From Pirellulales bacterium (lineage in GTDB: Bacteria; Planctomycetota; Planctomycetia; Pirellulales; JALHPA01): 64,000 nt of DNA. Under the pieces are notes generated by a model that saw only the letters and a program-made list of their open reading frames with translations, did no database searches and was not told the origin of the DNA. The position numbers and the translations under genes were made by a program. Location: the NCBI GenBank assembly GCA_041736895.1, contig JBGSSS010000208.1, forward strand, positions 12,496 to 76,495. The letters run 5' to 3'. Every line of letters starts with the position of its first letter. The stretch's first letter is position 1. Shown here in pieces: positions 56,127 to 64,000 of the stretch.

Positions 56127-57830
56127 ATGTTAAACCTCGCTGCAAACCGTCTGATCGGCTGTTGGAATTTCGCCTTGCTGCTATGCCTTGGCATGTCACT
56201 GATGATTGGCTGCAACTCGAAGTCGAAGAGTTCGAGCGGCAACAAAGAAACACTTGCCAAAGCGGAAAAAGAGAAAAAAGAACTGGCCGAGAAGAAGAAA
56301 GCCGAGGACGAGGCAAAGGTTGCCGCCGCAGCCAAGAAGAAAGCCGATGCGGCTGCCGAAGTTGCCAAAAAGAATAGCTTGATTGCGACTGCTCCACCCA
56401 AGGATCGCAAGCGAACCGAAGGATTCAGCACGAGCGTTCAAGGCCGCGAATCTTTCGGCAATAGCGAGTGGCGCGGTTCCATGACCAACACGACCGGCAC
56501 TGGGATGGGCGGTTCGCTGGGAATGGGGAGCGACTCGGCTTTTGATCGCGTCGAATCCGAAATTCGCGCAGCAGCCGCCGATCGCAAGACGCTCGTCGTT
56601 TACATCTGCGACAACGCCGCAAATCAAATGGTCAGCCGGCTTGCCGATCGCGCGGCCCGAATGCTAAAGGGCTCGGGCGATGCTTCGAAGGTGCAGCAAA
56701 ACCTTTCGGCCGCGGTCGTCTCGTTTGGCGACGAAGTCAAGGTCCTCACGCCGCAGCCAGTCAGCGACAGCGCCGAACTGGGCAAAGCATTCAATGAAGT
56801 CAAAGGGAATTCTCCCGCAGGTAAGCTGGCCTATAAAGCCGTCGCCACGGCGGCGGAAACCTTTGGCAAATATCGCAAGGATCACGAAGTGATGTTCGTG
56901 ATGCTGGCCGATGAGGCCGCGGCGGACGAAGAATCGCTCAAGACGGCCGTCGCCAGTCTGAAACGGGATTACATTCCCGTGTATGCTTTTGGAAACGCTG
57001 AACCGTTCTATTCGAAGAATCTGAAAGCCGAATCCGGGAAACCGATCGGCGCCAGTTGGGCTCTTGAGCATATCACTGTGTACACTCCCGCCAAGCTCCA
57101 GGATTCGGACTACGTCGATAGCGGGTATGGGAACTTTGGTCTGGAGCGCATCTGCCGATTGACCGACGGCAAGTTCTTTCGTTCGCGCGGCCGGTCTAGC
57201 ACTGGCTGGGCAACGGATCCCAGCGGCGATATCAAGGCCGAACTCGTGCGGAAGTACGCACCGGAGTACATCTCGGAAAGCGAGTACAAAGAAAAAGCGA
57301 GTGAAAACAAAGCGCGCAAGGCTCTCTTAGACGCCTCGAAGATGGTCGTCGATGCCCAATTCGAGCCGCCGGTGCTGACGTTCCTGGCTGCCGGCGACGA
57401 TCAGGCGCGCTTCGCCAATGCCATCACGGGCGCACAACGCAAGGCCGCAGCGCCGCAGCAGGAGTTCGAAAAAATCCTGACCGTCTTGCAAGCCGGAGAA
57501 TCGGATCGCAACAAACTTGGCAGCCCGCGCTGGGAAGCGGCTTACGATTTGGCCCTCGGCCGAGCCTACGCCGCGCTCGCGCGAACAATGGGTTACAACA
57601 AAATGCTCGCACAATTGAAGCAAGGCAAGACTTTTACCGACCCGAAACACAACACCTGGGAACTCGTCTCATCGCAAAATTTCTCGGGAGATTCCCAATT
57701 GAACACAATGGCCAAGAAATCGCGTGAGTATCTGCAACGCGTTGTGGACAATCACCCGGGAACCCCGTGGGCCGATATCGCGAGCAAAGAATTGCAGTTC
57801 GAGTGTGGCTGGGATTGGAAAGAACTGTAA
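56127..57830 (+). CDS. Lipoprotein with a K/A/E-rich linker and a von Willebrand factor A-like domain
   Basis: A lipobox reads LMIGC-NSKS. The linker reads KAEKEKKELAEKKKAEDEAKVAAAAKKKADAAAEVAKK. The vWA-like core reads LVVYICDN...VVSFGDEVKVL...VMFVMLADE. Confidence 0.55.
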   Translation: MLNLAANRLIGCWNFALLLCLGMSLMIGCNSKSKSSSGNKETLAKAEKEKKELAEKKKAEDEAKVAAAAKKKADAAAEVAKKNSLIATAPPKDRKRTEGFSTSVQGRESFGNSEWRGSMTNTTGTGMGGSLGMGSDSAFDRVESEIRAAAADRKTLVVYICDNAANQMVSRLADRAARMLKGSGDASKVQQNLSAAVVSFGDEVKVLTPQPVSDSAELGKAFNEVKGNSPAGKLAYKAVATAAETFGKYRKDHEVMFVMLADEAAADEESLKTAVASLKRDYIPVYAFGNAEPFYSKNLKAESGKPIGASWALEHITVYTPAKLQDSDYVDSGYGNFGLERICRLTDGKFFRSRGRSSTGWATDPSGDIKAELVRKYAPEYISESEYKEKASENKARKALLDASKMVVDAQFEPPVLTFLAAGDDQARFANAITGAQRKAAAPQQEFEKILTVLQAGESDRNKLGSPRWEAAYDLALGRAYAALARTMGYNKMLAQLKQGKTFTDPKHNTWELVSSQNFSGDSQLNTMAKKSREYLQRVVDNHPGTPWADIASKELQFECGWDWKEL

Positions 57831-57890
57831 GAACAAAGCCGCCGATGGGATCGGCGGGCATTTCTGTAGAACGATTCGCCGCGCGGAATG

Positions 57891-58670
57891 TCATCCCCCC
57901 AGCGCATCGCGCAACCGACGCAACTCTGCCTCTTGCCCTGCGATCAATTGCCGCAGTTCGCTCACTTCGCTGCGCAAGTCGGTGAGTTGCGCTTGCAGTT
58001 CATTCAGGTCATGATTCTGCGTCTCACGCGCCGCGGTTGGTGCGGACACTGCGGGTCGCGGGATTGAAACCGGGCTGGGTGCCGCGCGCGGTGCCTCTTC
58101 TTCTAAAACCTCGGCCGCTGCCATCGCACTGAACTTGGATCGTTCGGACTCGAGTTCGCGGGATTCGTAGAGCCCGTGCGTGACGACATGCCCACGTCCC
58201 GGCGGCGTGAGCGACTGCACGAGTCCTTTGGCTTGCAAGTGTTCCAAGTGCTTGCGCAGCGTTTCCAGATCGGCAATATCATCCATCCGCGCGACGCGGG
58301 TCCGGAGTTCGCCCTCGGTTTGCGAGCCGCGGAGCAAAAGCTCGGTCATGATCGAAAGGTCGGCCTTTTCAACGCCGAGCCATTCATTGGCATAATGCCG
58401 GTAACGCGGCACGCGTCCGCCCCCCTGCACTTCCGCGACAACGCCGAGCATCCGCAGCCGGTCGACCGATTGAATCACGTCGCCATCATCGAGATTCAGC
58501 ACCGGATGGCGGTTTGATTTCTGGTTGCAGCCGTTCAGGAGCGCGTTGAGCGACAACGGGTATTGCTCGGGCGTGGTCTTGGCCTTCTCCACGAGGACGC
58601 CCAACACGCGGCGATCGATCGCATTGAGCGGTTTCCAGCGGGCGGGGGCGTTGGGGTCAATCGGCGGCAT
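57891..58670 (-). CDS. YceH/DUF480-family (UPF0502) protein
   Basis: Contains LNAIDRRVLGVLVEKAKTTPEQYPLSLNALLNGCNQKSNRHPVLNL and a C-terminal coiled coil. Confidence 0.75.
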   Translation of the reverse strand: MPPIDPNAPARWKPLNAIDRRVLGVLVEKAKTTPEQYPLSLNALLNGCNQKSNRHPVLNLDDGDVIQSVDRLRMLGVVAEVQGGGRVPRYRHYANEWLGVEKADLSIMTELLLRGSQTEGELRTRVARMDDIADLETLRKHLEHLQAKGLVQSLTPPGRGHVVTHGLYESRELESERSKFSAMAAAEVLEEEAPRAAPSPVSIPRPAVSAPTAARETQNHDLNELQAQLTDLRSEVSELRQLIAGQEAELRRLRDALGG

Positions 58671-58938
58671 GTTTGCTCCTCCATGCAGTGTTGGGACTTC
58701 TGCCGCAATCGTAGCAATTTCCGCGTACTTCGCCCAGCACGAGATCGAGCACGCCCGGCGTGGACGCTCGGGCTAAGCATAGCGTTTTGCTAACGCAAAA
58801 CGGTAGACGCTTTGCGCACTTTGCGATCTTCTATTCAAAGATGTATTTGTATTCAGCTTCGTTTCCTGGGACAGCTTCTGTAGAATTTGCATTTGCCTCG
58901 CTCTGCTGACTCTACTCCCTCCTGTTAAAGTAATTTCC

Positions 58939-59475
58939 ATGACCCGCGAACTTGAGAATCAACGGTTTCTCTTTTTTGTCGATGACATCTACGAAGATTT
59001 GGAACTGTGGTATCCGAAACTTCGACTTGTCGAAGCCGGGGCGCACGTCACCATCGCTGGTCCCAAGGCCAACGAGAAATACGCCGGCAAGCATGGCTAT
59101 CCGTGCGTCTCGGACGCCGCGATTCGCGACATGGAAGCAGCCGATTTCCACGGCCTCGTCATCCCTGGCGGATTCATGCCCGACAAGCTCCGCCGCGATC
59201 CCAAGGTCCTCTCGCTCACCGGCGAGTTCGCAACTTCGGGCAAACTCGTGGCGGCGATCTGCCACGGCGGGTGGATTCCGATCAGCGCGGCTGTCTATCG
59301 CGGCGTGCGCGTCACGGGTTCCCCTGGAATCAAGGATGATCTCATCAACGCCGGCGCAATTTGGGAAGACGCGCCGGTCGTGATCGACCGAAATTTCGTG
59401 AGCAGCCGCAAGCCGGACGATCTGCCGGATTTCTGCCGCGGCATCATCAAAGTGATGTCCCCGCGGACTCGATAA
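58939..59475 (+). CDS. DJ-1/PfpI-family protein (PfpI-type intracellular protease/deglycase)
   Basis: 178 aa with the nucleophile elbow AAICHGGW. Confidence 0.88.
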   Translation: MTRELENQRFLFFVDDIYEDLELWYPKLRLVEAGAHVTIAGPKANEKYAGKHGYPCVSDAAIRDMEAADFHGLVIPGGFMPDKLRRDPKVLSLTGEFATSGKLVAAICHGGWIPISAAVYRGVRVTGSPGIKDDLINAGAIWEDAPVVIDRNFVSSRKPDDLPDFCRGIIKVMSPRTR

Positions 59476-59476
59476 T

Positions 59477-59619
59477 GTAGGTCCGGCTGTGCCGGGCACA
59501 GAGAAGATGCTCCAAGGCGAGAAAGCACAGCAGGCAGCAAGCGCGGTCGAAGGAACCTGGCATGCAACGGCTTTCGCTTCGAACAAGCCGCGACGTTTGT
59601 GCGGCAGAGCCGCACCTAC
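59477..59619. repeat. REPIN-like doublet, GTAGGTCCGGCTGTGCCGGGCAC family
   Basis: The arms are 59477-59502 and 59596-59619. The right head overlaps the ruvB TAG-TAG tandem stops. Confidence 0.88.
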
Positions 59620-60650
59620 TAGAACAACTTCGGCTGAAAGCCCGAATCCGTTTCCGGAGGACTCAAGCCGAGGTGTTCATACCCGCGCGGATTTAGCTTC
59701 CGCCCGCGCGGCGTGCGAATGACGAGTTCACTGCGCAAGAGAAACGGTTCAACTTCGTCGGCTAACGTGTCCGGGGCGCAATTCAAGGTGTGCGCGACCG
59801 CTTCGACGCCGACCGGCCCGCCGTGAAAGACGCGGGCAATTGTTTCCAGGTACTTCCGATCTTGCGAATCGAGGCCCAGAATGTCGATCCCTTGCATCAA
59901 CAGCGCGGCTTTGGCGATCTCGAGCGTGATCTGGCCGTCGGCACGGCTCGTCGCGTAGTCGCGGACCCAGCGGAGGCGATTGTTGGCCAAGCGCGGCGTC
60001 CCGCGGCTGCGCATCGCAATTTCATGTGTGCTCACGGCATCGATCGGTGTGCGGAGTTTCTGCGCATTCCGCAGCACAATCGTTGCGAGTTCCTCGACCG
60101 AATAAAAATCGAGATGCTCGCGCATGTGAAAGCGATCGCGGAGCGGTGCCGAGAGCAACCCTGTGCGTGTCGTCGCGCCGATCAAGGTAAACGGCCGCAG
60201 CGGCATGTTGAGCGTTCGCGCCGAGACGCCTTCGCCAAGGGTGATGTCGATCCGAAAGTCTTCCATCGCCGGGTAGAGGAATTCCTCGACCGCTTTGGGC
60301 AAACGATGAATCTCGTCGATGAAGAGGACCGATTTCTCTTCGGCATTGGTCAGGTATGGCACCAAATCCTTTGGTGCCATGAGCGTCGCCCCGCTAGCGA
60401 TTTGAAAGCTCACACCCAATTCGCGCGGGATACAGGTGGCGAATGTCGTTTTGCCCAATCCCGGCGGCCCGTCAAAGAGAATATGCCCCAGTGTTTCGCC
60501 GCGCTTCTGCGACGCATCGACGGCAATCATGATCCGCTCAAAGACCGCGCGCTGGCCGACCATGTCGTTGAGCGCTTGCGGCCGGAGATCCAATTCCGGA
60601 TCGCCATCGTCGCTGGGGGCCGGTGCGGAAATAATCGTTTCGCGGGGCAA
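59619..60650 (-). CDS. ruvB: Holliday junction branch-migration helicase RuvB
   Basis: Has Walker A GPPGLGKTT, Walker B LFIDEIHRL and RuvB C-terminal domains. The track start is a TTG, so the exact start is uncertain. Confidence 0.95.
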   Translation of the reverse strand: MPRETIISAPAPSDDGDPELDLRPQALNDMVGQRAVFERIMIAVDASQKRGETLGHILFDGPPGLGKTTFATCIPRELGVSFQIASGATLMAPKDLVPYLTNAEEKSVLFIDEIHRLPKAVEEFLYPAMEDFRIDITLGEGVSARTLNMPLRPFTLIGATTRTGLLSAPLRDRFHMREHLDFYSVEELATIVLRNAQKLRTPIDAVSTHEIAMRSRGTPRLANNRLRWVRDYATSRADGQITLEIAKAALLMQGIDILGLDSQDRKYLETIARVFHGGPVGVEAVAHTLNCAPDTLADEVEPFLLRSELVIRTPRGRKLNPRGYEHLGLSPPETDSGFQPKLF

Positions 60651-60698
60651 GGCTGCGCGGGGGGTGAGGATTCAGGGTTAGGGAAATATAAAATTTAG

Positions 60699-60764
60699 CA
60701 GCCCGACGCGTAAGCGAGGGAATTTCGTCTGCACTTACAAACCCTTGCTTACGCTGCGGGCTAC
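60699..60764. repeat. Inverted doublet of the GTAGCCCGCAGCGTAAGCAAGGG unit
   Basis: Reads GCAGCCCGACGCGTAAGCGAGGG (60699-60720) and CCCTTGCTTACGCTGCGGGCTAC (60742-60764). Confidence 0.82.
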
Positions 60765-60787
60765 TAAGGGATTGTCGCTTTGCAATT

Positions 60788-61261
60788 CTACCCGATGACA
60801 TCGCCGCCGTAGAGTTTGGCCATGCGCAGACGCATCTCTTCCTGGCTGACATCTTCCACATGCGTCATCAGCGTCCACAGATGACCAAACGGATCGCGCA
60901 ATTGTCCTGCGCGGTCGCCGTAAAATTTTGTCTCGACCGCCTGCACGACCGTTCCGCCGGCGGCAATCGCCGTCGCGAATTGCGCATCGACATCCGGGAC
61001 ATACAGCGACAAGCAAACGGGCGTCCCGTTGAGAGCCAGCGGACTGACAAAGCCCATGCCCGGCATTTCTTCGGCCAGCATCACCACGGCATCGTCGATT
61101 TGCACTTCGGCATGGCCAATGAGCCCGCCCGGCATCTCGAGCCGCATCCGTTCGACCGCGCCAAACGCGGCTTGGTAAAAGGCAATCGCCTCGGCCGCCC
61201 CCCGCACGATCAAGTACGGCGAGAGGGTGTTGTACCCGGCGGGTTTGTAGGGCGTGCTCAT
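60788..61261 (-). CDS. VOC/glyoxalase-family protein (PhnB-like)
   Basis: 157 aa containing YLIVRGAAEAIAFYQAAFGA...HAEVQIDDAVVMLAEE...DPFGHLWTL. Confidence 0.75.
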   Translation of the reverse strand: MSTPYKPAGYNTLSPYLIVRGAAEAIAFYQAAFGAVERMRLEMPGGLIGHAEVQIDDAVVMLAEEMPGMGFVSPLALNGTPVCLSLYVPDVDAQFATAIAAGGTVVQAVETKFYGDRAGQLRDPFGHLWTLMTHVEDVSQEEMRLRMAKLYGGDVIG

Positions 61262-61345
61262 TCAATATGCCTTGGAGCTAGTGACCTTTTGTTCAGACTC
61301 TTGAGCGTAACGAATCTGCGTGAAGCTGACAACGGCGGATAGTTG

Positions 61346-61396
61346 ATCGCTATGACGCAAGCGGATGGGCAGCCCATCCGCTTGCGTCATAGCGAT
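61346..61396. repeat. Perfect 25+25 bp palindrome in a divergent promoter region
   Basis: Reads ATCGCTATGACGCAAGCGGATGGGC-A-GCCCATCCGCTTGCGTCATAGCGAT. Confidence 0.9.
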
Positions 61397-61446
61397 TCTT
61401 TTGCGCAACGATATTTAATGCTTCCGCATTTTTTCCGCTCCGCGCG

Positions 61447-61475
61447 TTGACGCTTTCCCCGGCTCGATTTACATT
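61447..61475 (+). promoter_or_regulatory. Sigma-70-like promoter candidate
   Basis: TTGACG-N17-TACATT lies about 105 nt upstream of ATG 61583. Confidence 0.4.
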
Positions 61476-61582
61476 GCAGTCATCTGCCGGGTCCGACCGT
61501 TCTCGCGCTGGGGATGGTGCGGGCAAAACTTTGCCCCGCCCTTCCGCGTCGGCCGACCCCCGTCGAAACGGAGGGTAGTCCC

Positions 61583-61906
61583 ATGCCGCTGTTCGAGGTT
61601 GAAACCGAGGGGCACATCATCATCACGTGGGCCGGCGACGATTCGTCCGCCACGCGCGTCGTCTCCGAAGCCTATCCGAGCGAGAAAATTCTCCGGATGA
61701 CCAAACGCCCGCGTGATACTTGGGTCATCTCCAAATCTGCCCTGGGCATCACCGGCACGGCCGATGTTTGCCACACCGCCCGCGATTGCCTGAGCAAAGC
61801 GGCCGGCGACAAGGTCCATGCGATCCGCCTCTACATGCACGAAACGGGCACCGACCTCGAACGCTCGCGAAAAGTCATCGAGAGCAACATGGTCATGGGT
61901 TGGTAG
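61583..61906 (+). CDS. Hypothetical small protein
   Basis: 107 aa from ATG 61583, with GGAGGG 8 nt upstream. The C-terminal AIRLYMHETGTDLERSRKVIESN resembles an L7/L12-C-like helix motif. Confidence 0.45.
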   Translation: MPLFEVETEGHIIITWAGDDSSATRVVSEAYPSEKILRMTKRPRDTWVISKSALGITGTADVCHTARDCLSKAAGDKVHAIRLYMHETGTDLERSRKVIESNMVMGW

Positions 61907-61910
61907 AGAC

Positions 61911-61969
61911 TCGTTACCAAGCCCCAGCTTGGTCAGTATTTGCTCGTTACCAAGCCTCAGCTTGGTAAT
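61911..61969. repeat. Tandem direct pair of hairpins CGTTACCAAGCCYCAGCTTGGT
   Basis: The units are 61911-61935 and 61944-61969. Confidence 0.85.
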
Positions 61970-62028
61970 GTGAATCGCCAGCAGTCGCCGATTCGAGGAG
62001 AGTCCCTGTCTGCAACGAAAAGCACACC

Positions 62029-62061
62029 AAGTCCCAAGGATAGCTCCTTGGGACTTTTTTT
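62029..62061 (+). terminator. Rho-independent terminator
   Basis: AAGTCCCAAGGA-tagc-TCCTTGGGACTT is followed by a T-run ending at 62061. Confidence 0.78.
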
Positions 62062-62608
62062 GTTGATTACTCCAAGCCAAAGCCTTCACTGGGTTTAGAT
62101 TCCCCAGTTTTCTGCCCCTGCTCCGAATAGTATAAATCGGCTAGGAGGGGGTTGATTTTGTGCCAGTAAGTATGTTCATAATAACACTATCCGTACAGTC
62201 TAGCGGTGCGCGCTGGCCGAGGGAGCTTTGACAAGTCGAATGCGCTTGTGGCTTCGTCGACGCCAGCGTGCCCCGCCACAGCCCGAGATGATTGCTGGCC
62301 GCTTTTGCGGCTGATGCGAATTCGAGTGTCCAGCGCGCCTCGATGTTGTGTGCCTGTCGTGTGCGGCGGTTCGACGTTGTCATGTCGTTGGCGAGACGAT
62401 TTGCCAGTCCTCCGCTGCCGAGAAGCCAGTCAAAAAGGGCCAGCGGATGTTGCCTTTTAGGCAACAAGAAAAAATAGCGCGCGGCGCTCGTTTTCCGTTC
62501 AAAGCGGACAGCGCTCACGCCTTGGCCGTGGGTTCCCCACGGGATTTTGCACAATCCACTGACACGCGGTTCCGTTAAACATGGACAAAGCGCGCGCGCC
62601 GAATCGCG

Positions 62609-62710
62609 TTTTTTTGGCGCGTTTTCGCGTTTATTCCTGTTTTTTTGCGTTTTTTTCGTGTTTTTTTCTGATTTTTTCGCGTATTTATTCTTGTTTTTTA
62701 TGCGTTTTTT
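62609..62710. other. Array of helically phased T-tracts (predicted intrinsically curved DNA)
   Basis: T6-T7 runs start at 62640, 62650, 62661, 62672, (62684), 62694 and 62705, a spacing of 10-12 bp. Further T-runs start at 62609 and 62622. Confidence 0.85.
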
Positions 62711-62960
62711 GAGCGCTTTGCCCTGCAAAACACGCTTGATTCGTGCGGAATTCACACTCTTTTCGAGGACGAACGACGCTGGAATCCGCGCACGTTATTT
62801 CGCGCAGCAAGTGAATTTTCGATCGAGCACGATTTGTCCTGTCCGGCTTGTTGGGCGGTTGGCCCGGTTGCAGCAATTCACGCGCTGGGACGTGGGCGAA
62901 GACTTGCCCTGTCCCGGAATGAAAGCTCACGACAGCTCCCCGAGTTTAGCAGGATGTTTT

Positions 62961-63995
62961 TCAATCCTCGTCTTGGCTGCGGCGATAGAGCCGCATGATT
63001 CTGCGAAAGCAGACCCCTTGCATGATGGCGTAATAGGCTCCGACGATGCCGTAAATAACCGAATACAAGATGGAGCCCGCCAAGATCGCCACGATTCTTG
63101 GATCAGCCGACGAGCGTTGCAAAGATTCTTTCAGAAGTCCAAAAACCATCGTCACACCAAAGATCAAGATGACTTGAATGACCATGCCGACCAACGTGCA
63201 AAGAAGCACGGTCAAGCAATAGTGCAACCAATGCGGCGCGGCGATGCGGCTCCAGTACTTGAAGATCGTCACGCAATTCGCATCGTATTCGTAGAAAAAC
63301 ATCAAGTTCAAACAAATGAAATTGGCCGCCGCACTCAAAATCAGAAGGGCGGGGATCGCGACAGCCCAATGCGTGGCGAACACCACGTAATAGAGAGCGA
63401 AATAGACCGCCAGGATCGGGATGCAATTGATCACACTTGCTAGGATAAAGTGCAAGAGCGAGCCGGGGCTGTTCAGCGCATTTTCCGCGGCGTTGTAATC
63501 TTCCTTAGCGATGCTGTAGCCGAAGTACAGGAGGCCTTTGAGCAGCCAGCATTGCACGAAAAACCAACAAATTCCCAAGATCCAAATGAGGCTCCACAGG
63601 ATAGTAGCGACTCTCTCGATGTTATCGATCGTCGGCTGTAAGCTCTCGACGTACTTACCAAAGAGGAAAAAAACGACATAAGCCACGGCAGCCAAGCCCA
63701 GCAGCACACCCATCGACTTGACACCAAACAGCATGCCGTACCCGAAATTGTTGGAGTAGGTCCGGATGCACTCCTTCGTCGTCTTCCCAACCGGGAGGCT
63801 GCCATTGATCGTGGCGGCTGACGGGATGCTTGATTGCGGCGCTAGGTACGGGTTGGCTTGATTCGGAAGCGGCGCTGCCTTCATCGGAACCGCCACGCCC
63901 AGGGGATCGGCAGTCAGAAGCGGATCAGCCGCGAGATCGGCGAGCGGTTGCAGATTGAAGTCATTCTCTTCAACCTCGTCAGCACTTTTGGCCAC
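62961..63995 (-). CDS. Hypothetical multi-pass membrane protein (N-terminus may extend beyond the window)
   Basis: At least 344 aa with about 6-7 hydrophobic helices. The track start is a GTG at 63995, and the frame stays open to the window edge. Confidence 0.5.
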   Translation of the reverse strand: MAKSADEVEENDFNLQPLADLAADPLLTADPLGVAVPMKAAPLPNQANPYLAPQSSIPSAATINGSLPVGKTTKECIRTYSNNFGYGMLFGVKSMGVLLGLAAVAYVVFFLFGKYVESLQPTIDNIERVATILWSLIWILGICWFFVQCWLLKGLLYFGYSIAKEDYNAAENALNSPGSLLHFILASVINCIPILAVYFALYYVVFATHWAVAIPALLILSAAANFICLNLMFFYEYDANCVTIFKYWSRIAAPHWLHYCLTVLLCTLVGMVIQVILIFGVTMVFGLLKESLQRSSADPRIVAILAGSILYSVIYGIVGAYYAIMQGVCFRRIMRLYRRSQDED

Positions 63996-64000
63996 GGGAA

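Noticed and set aside
62141-62755. A 204-aa minus-strand ORF with a Lys/Asn-rich N-terminus (KKRIKNKNKYAKKSEKNTKKTQKNRNKRENAPKK), which could be taken for a histone-like protein.
   Set aside because: The Lys-rich part is only the translation of the phased T-tract array. The remainder is Cys/Trp/Arg-rich with no coding-like character or motif.

Overview
This 64-kb segment looks like a Planctomycetota (probably Pirellulales-type) chromosome, judged from gene content; that assignment is an inference. Sample 60-nt lines hand-count at about 60% GC.

Gene content:
- Positions 236-19015 hold one minus-strand flagellar cluster: flgB-flgC-fliE-fliF-fliG-fliH-fliI-fliJ-(ylxF/MotE-like)-fliK-flgD-flgE-fliL-fliN-fliO-fliP-fliQ-fliR-flhB. 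The order is collinear with the Bacillus/spirochaete fla operon, but fliM is absent.
- The cluster is preceded by a perfect sigma-54 promoter (TGGCAC-N5-TTGCA) and, upstream, a minus-strand run of TPR protein, FlgN-like protein, cytoplasmic histidine kinase and sigma-54 (GAFTGA) response regulator.
- The rest is housekeeping or accessory:
  - mdh and a condensed relic dcw cluster (murE, a MurF N-domain-only ORF, murB, an ftsQ-like gene)
  - an HTH-EIIA(Ntr) fusion
  - two tetrahydromethanopterin-biosynthesis-type genes
  - MFS and ABC-2 transporters
  - a low-GC HicB-like/DUF2716-like islet
  - a PaaK-like ligase
  - a 2-keto-3-deoxypentonate dehydratase plus KGSADH pair
  - DUF1080, a sialate O-acetylesterase-like gene, a vWA lipoprotein, yceH-like, pfpI-like, ruvB and a VOC protein
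- I found no rRNA, tRNA, CRISPR array or recognisable transposase or integrase.

The main signal not explained by genes is in the intergenic DNA:
- At least 8 sequence-distinct hairpin families with GTAG heads, mostly as inverted doublets (REP/REPIN-like).
- Larger MITE-like elements built from 7-mer words spaced about 10 bp apart.
- Nested composite palindromes.
- C-rich (antisense G-quadruplex) leaders.
- A helically phased T-tract array inside a roughly 1-kb gene-free gap.

All functional calls rest on motif and family recognition by eye. No database search was run.
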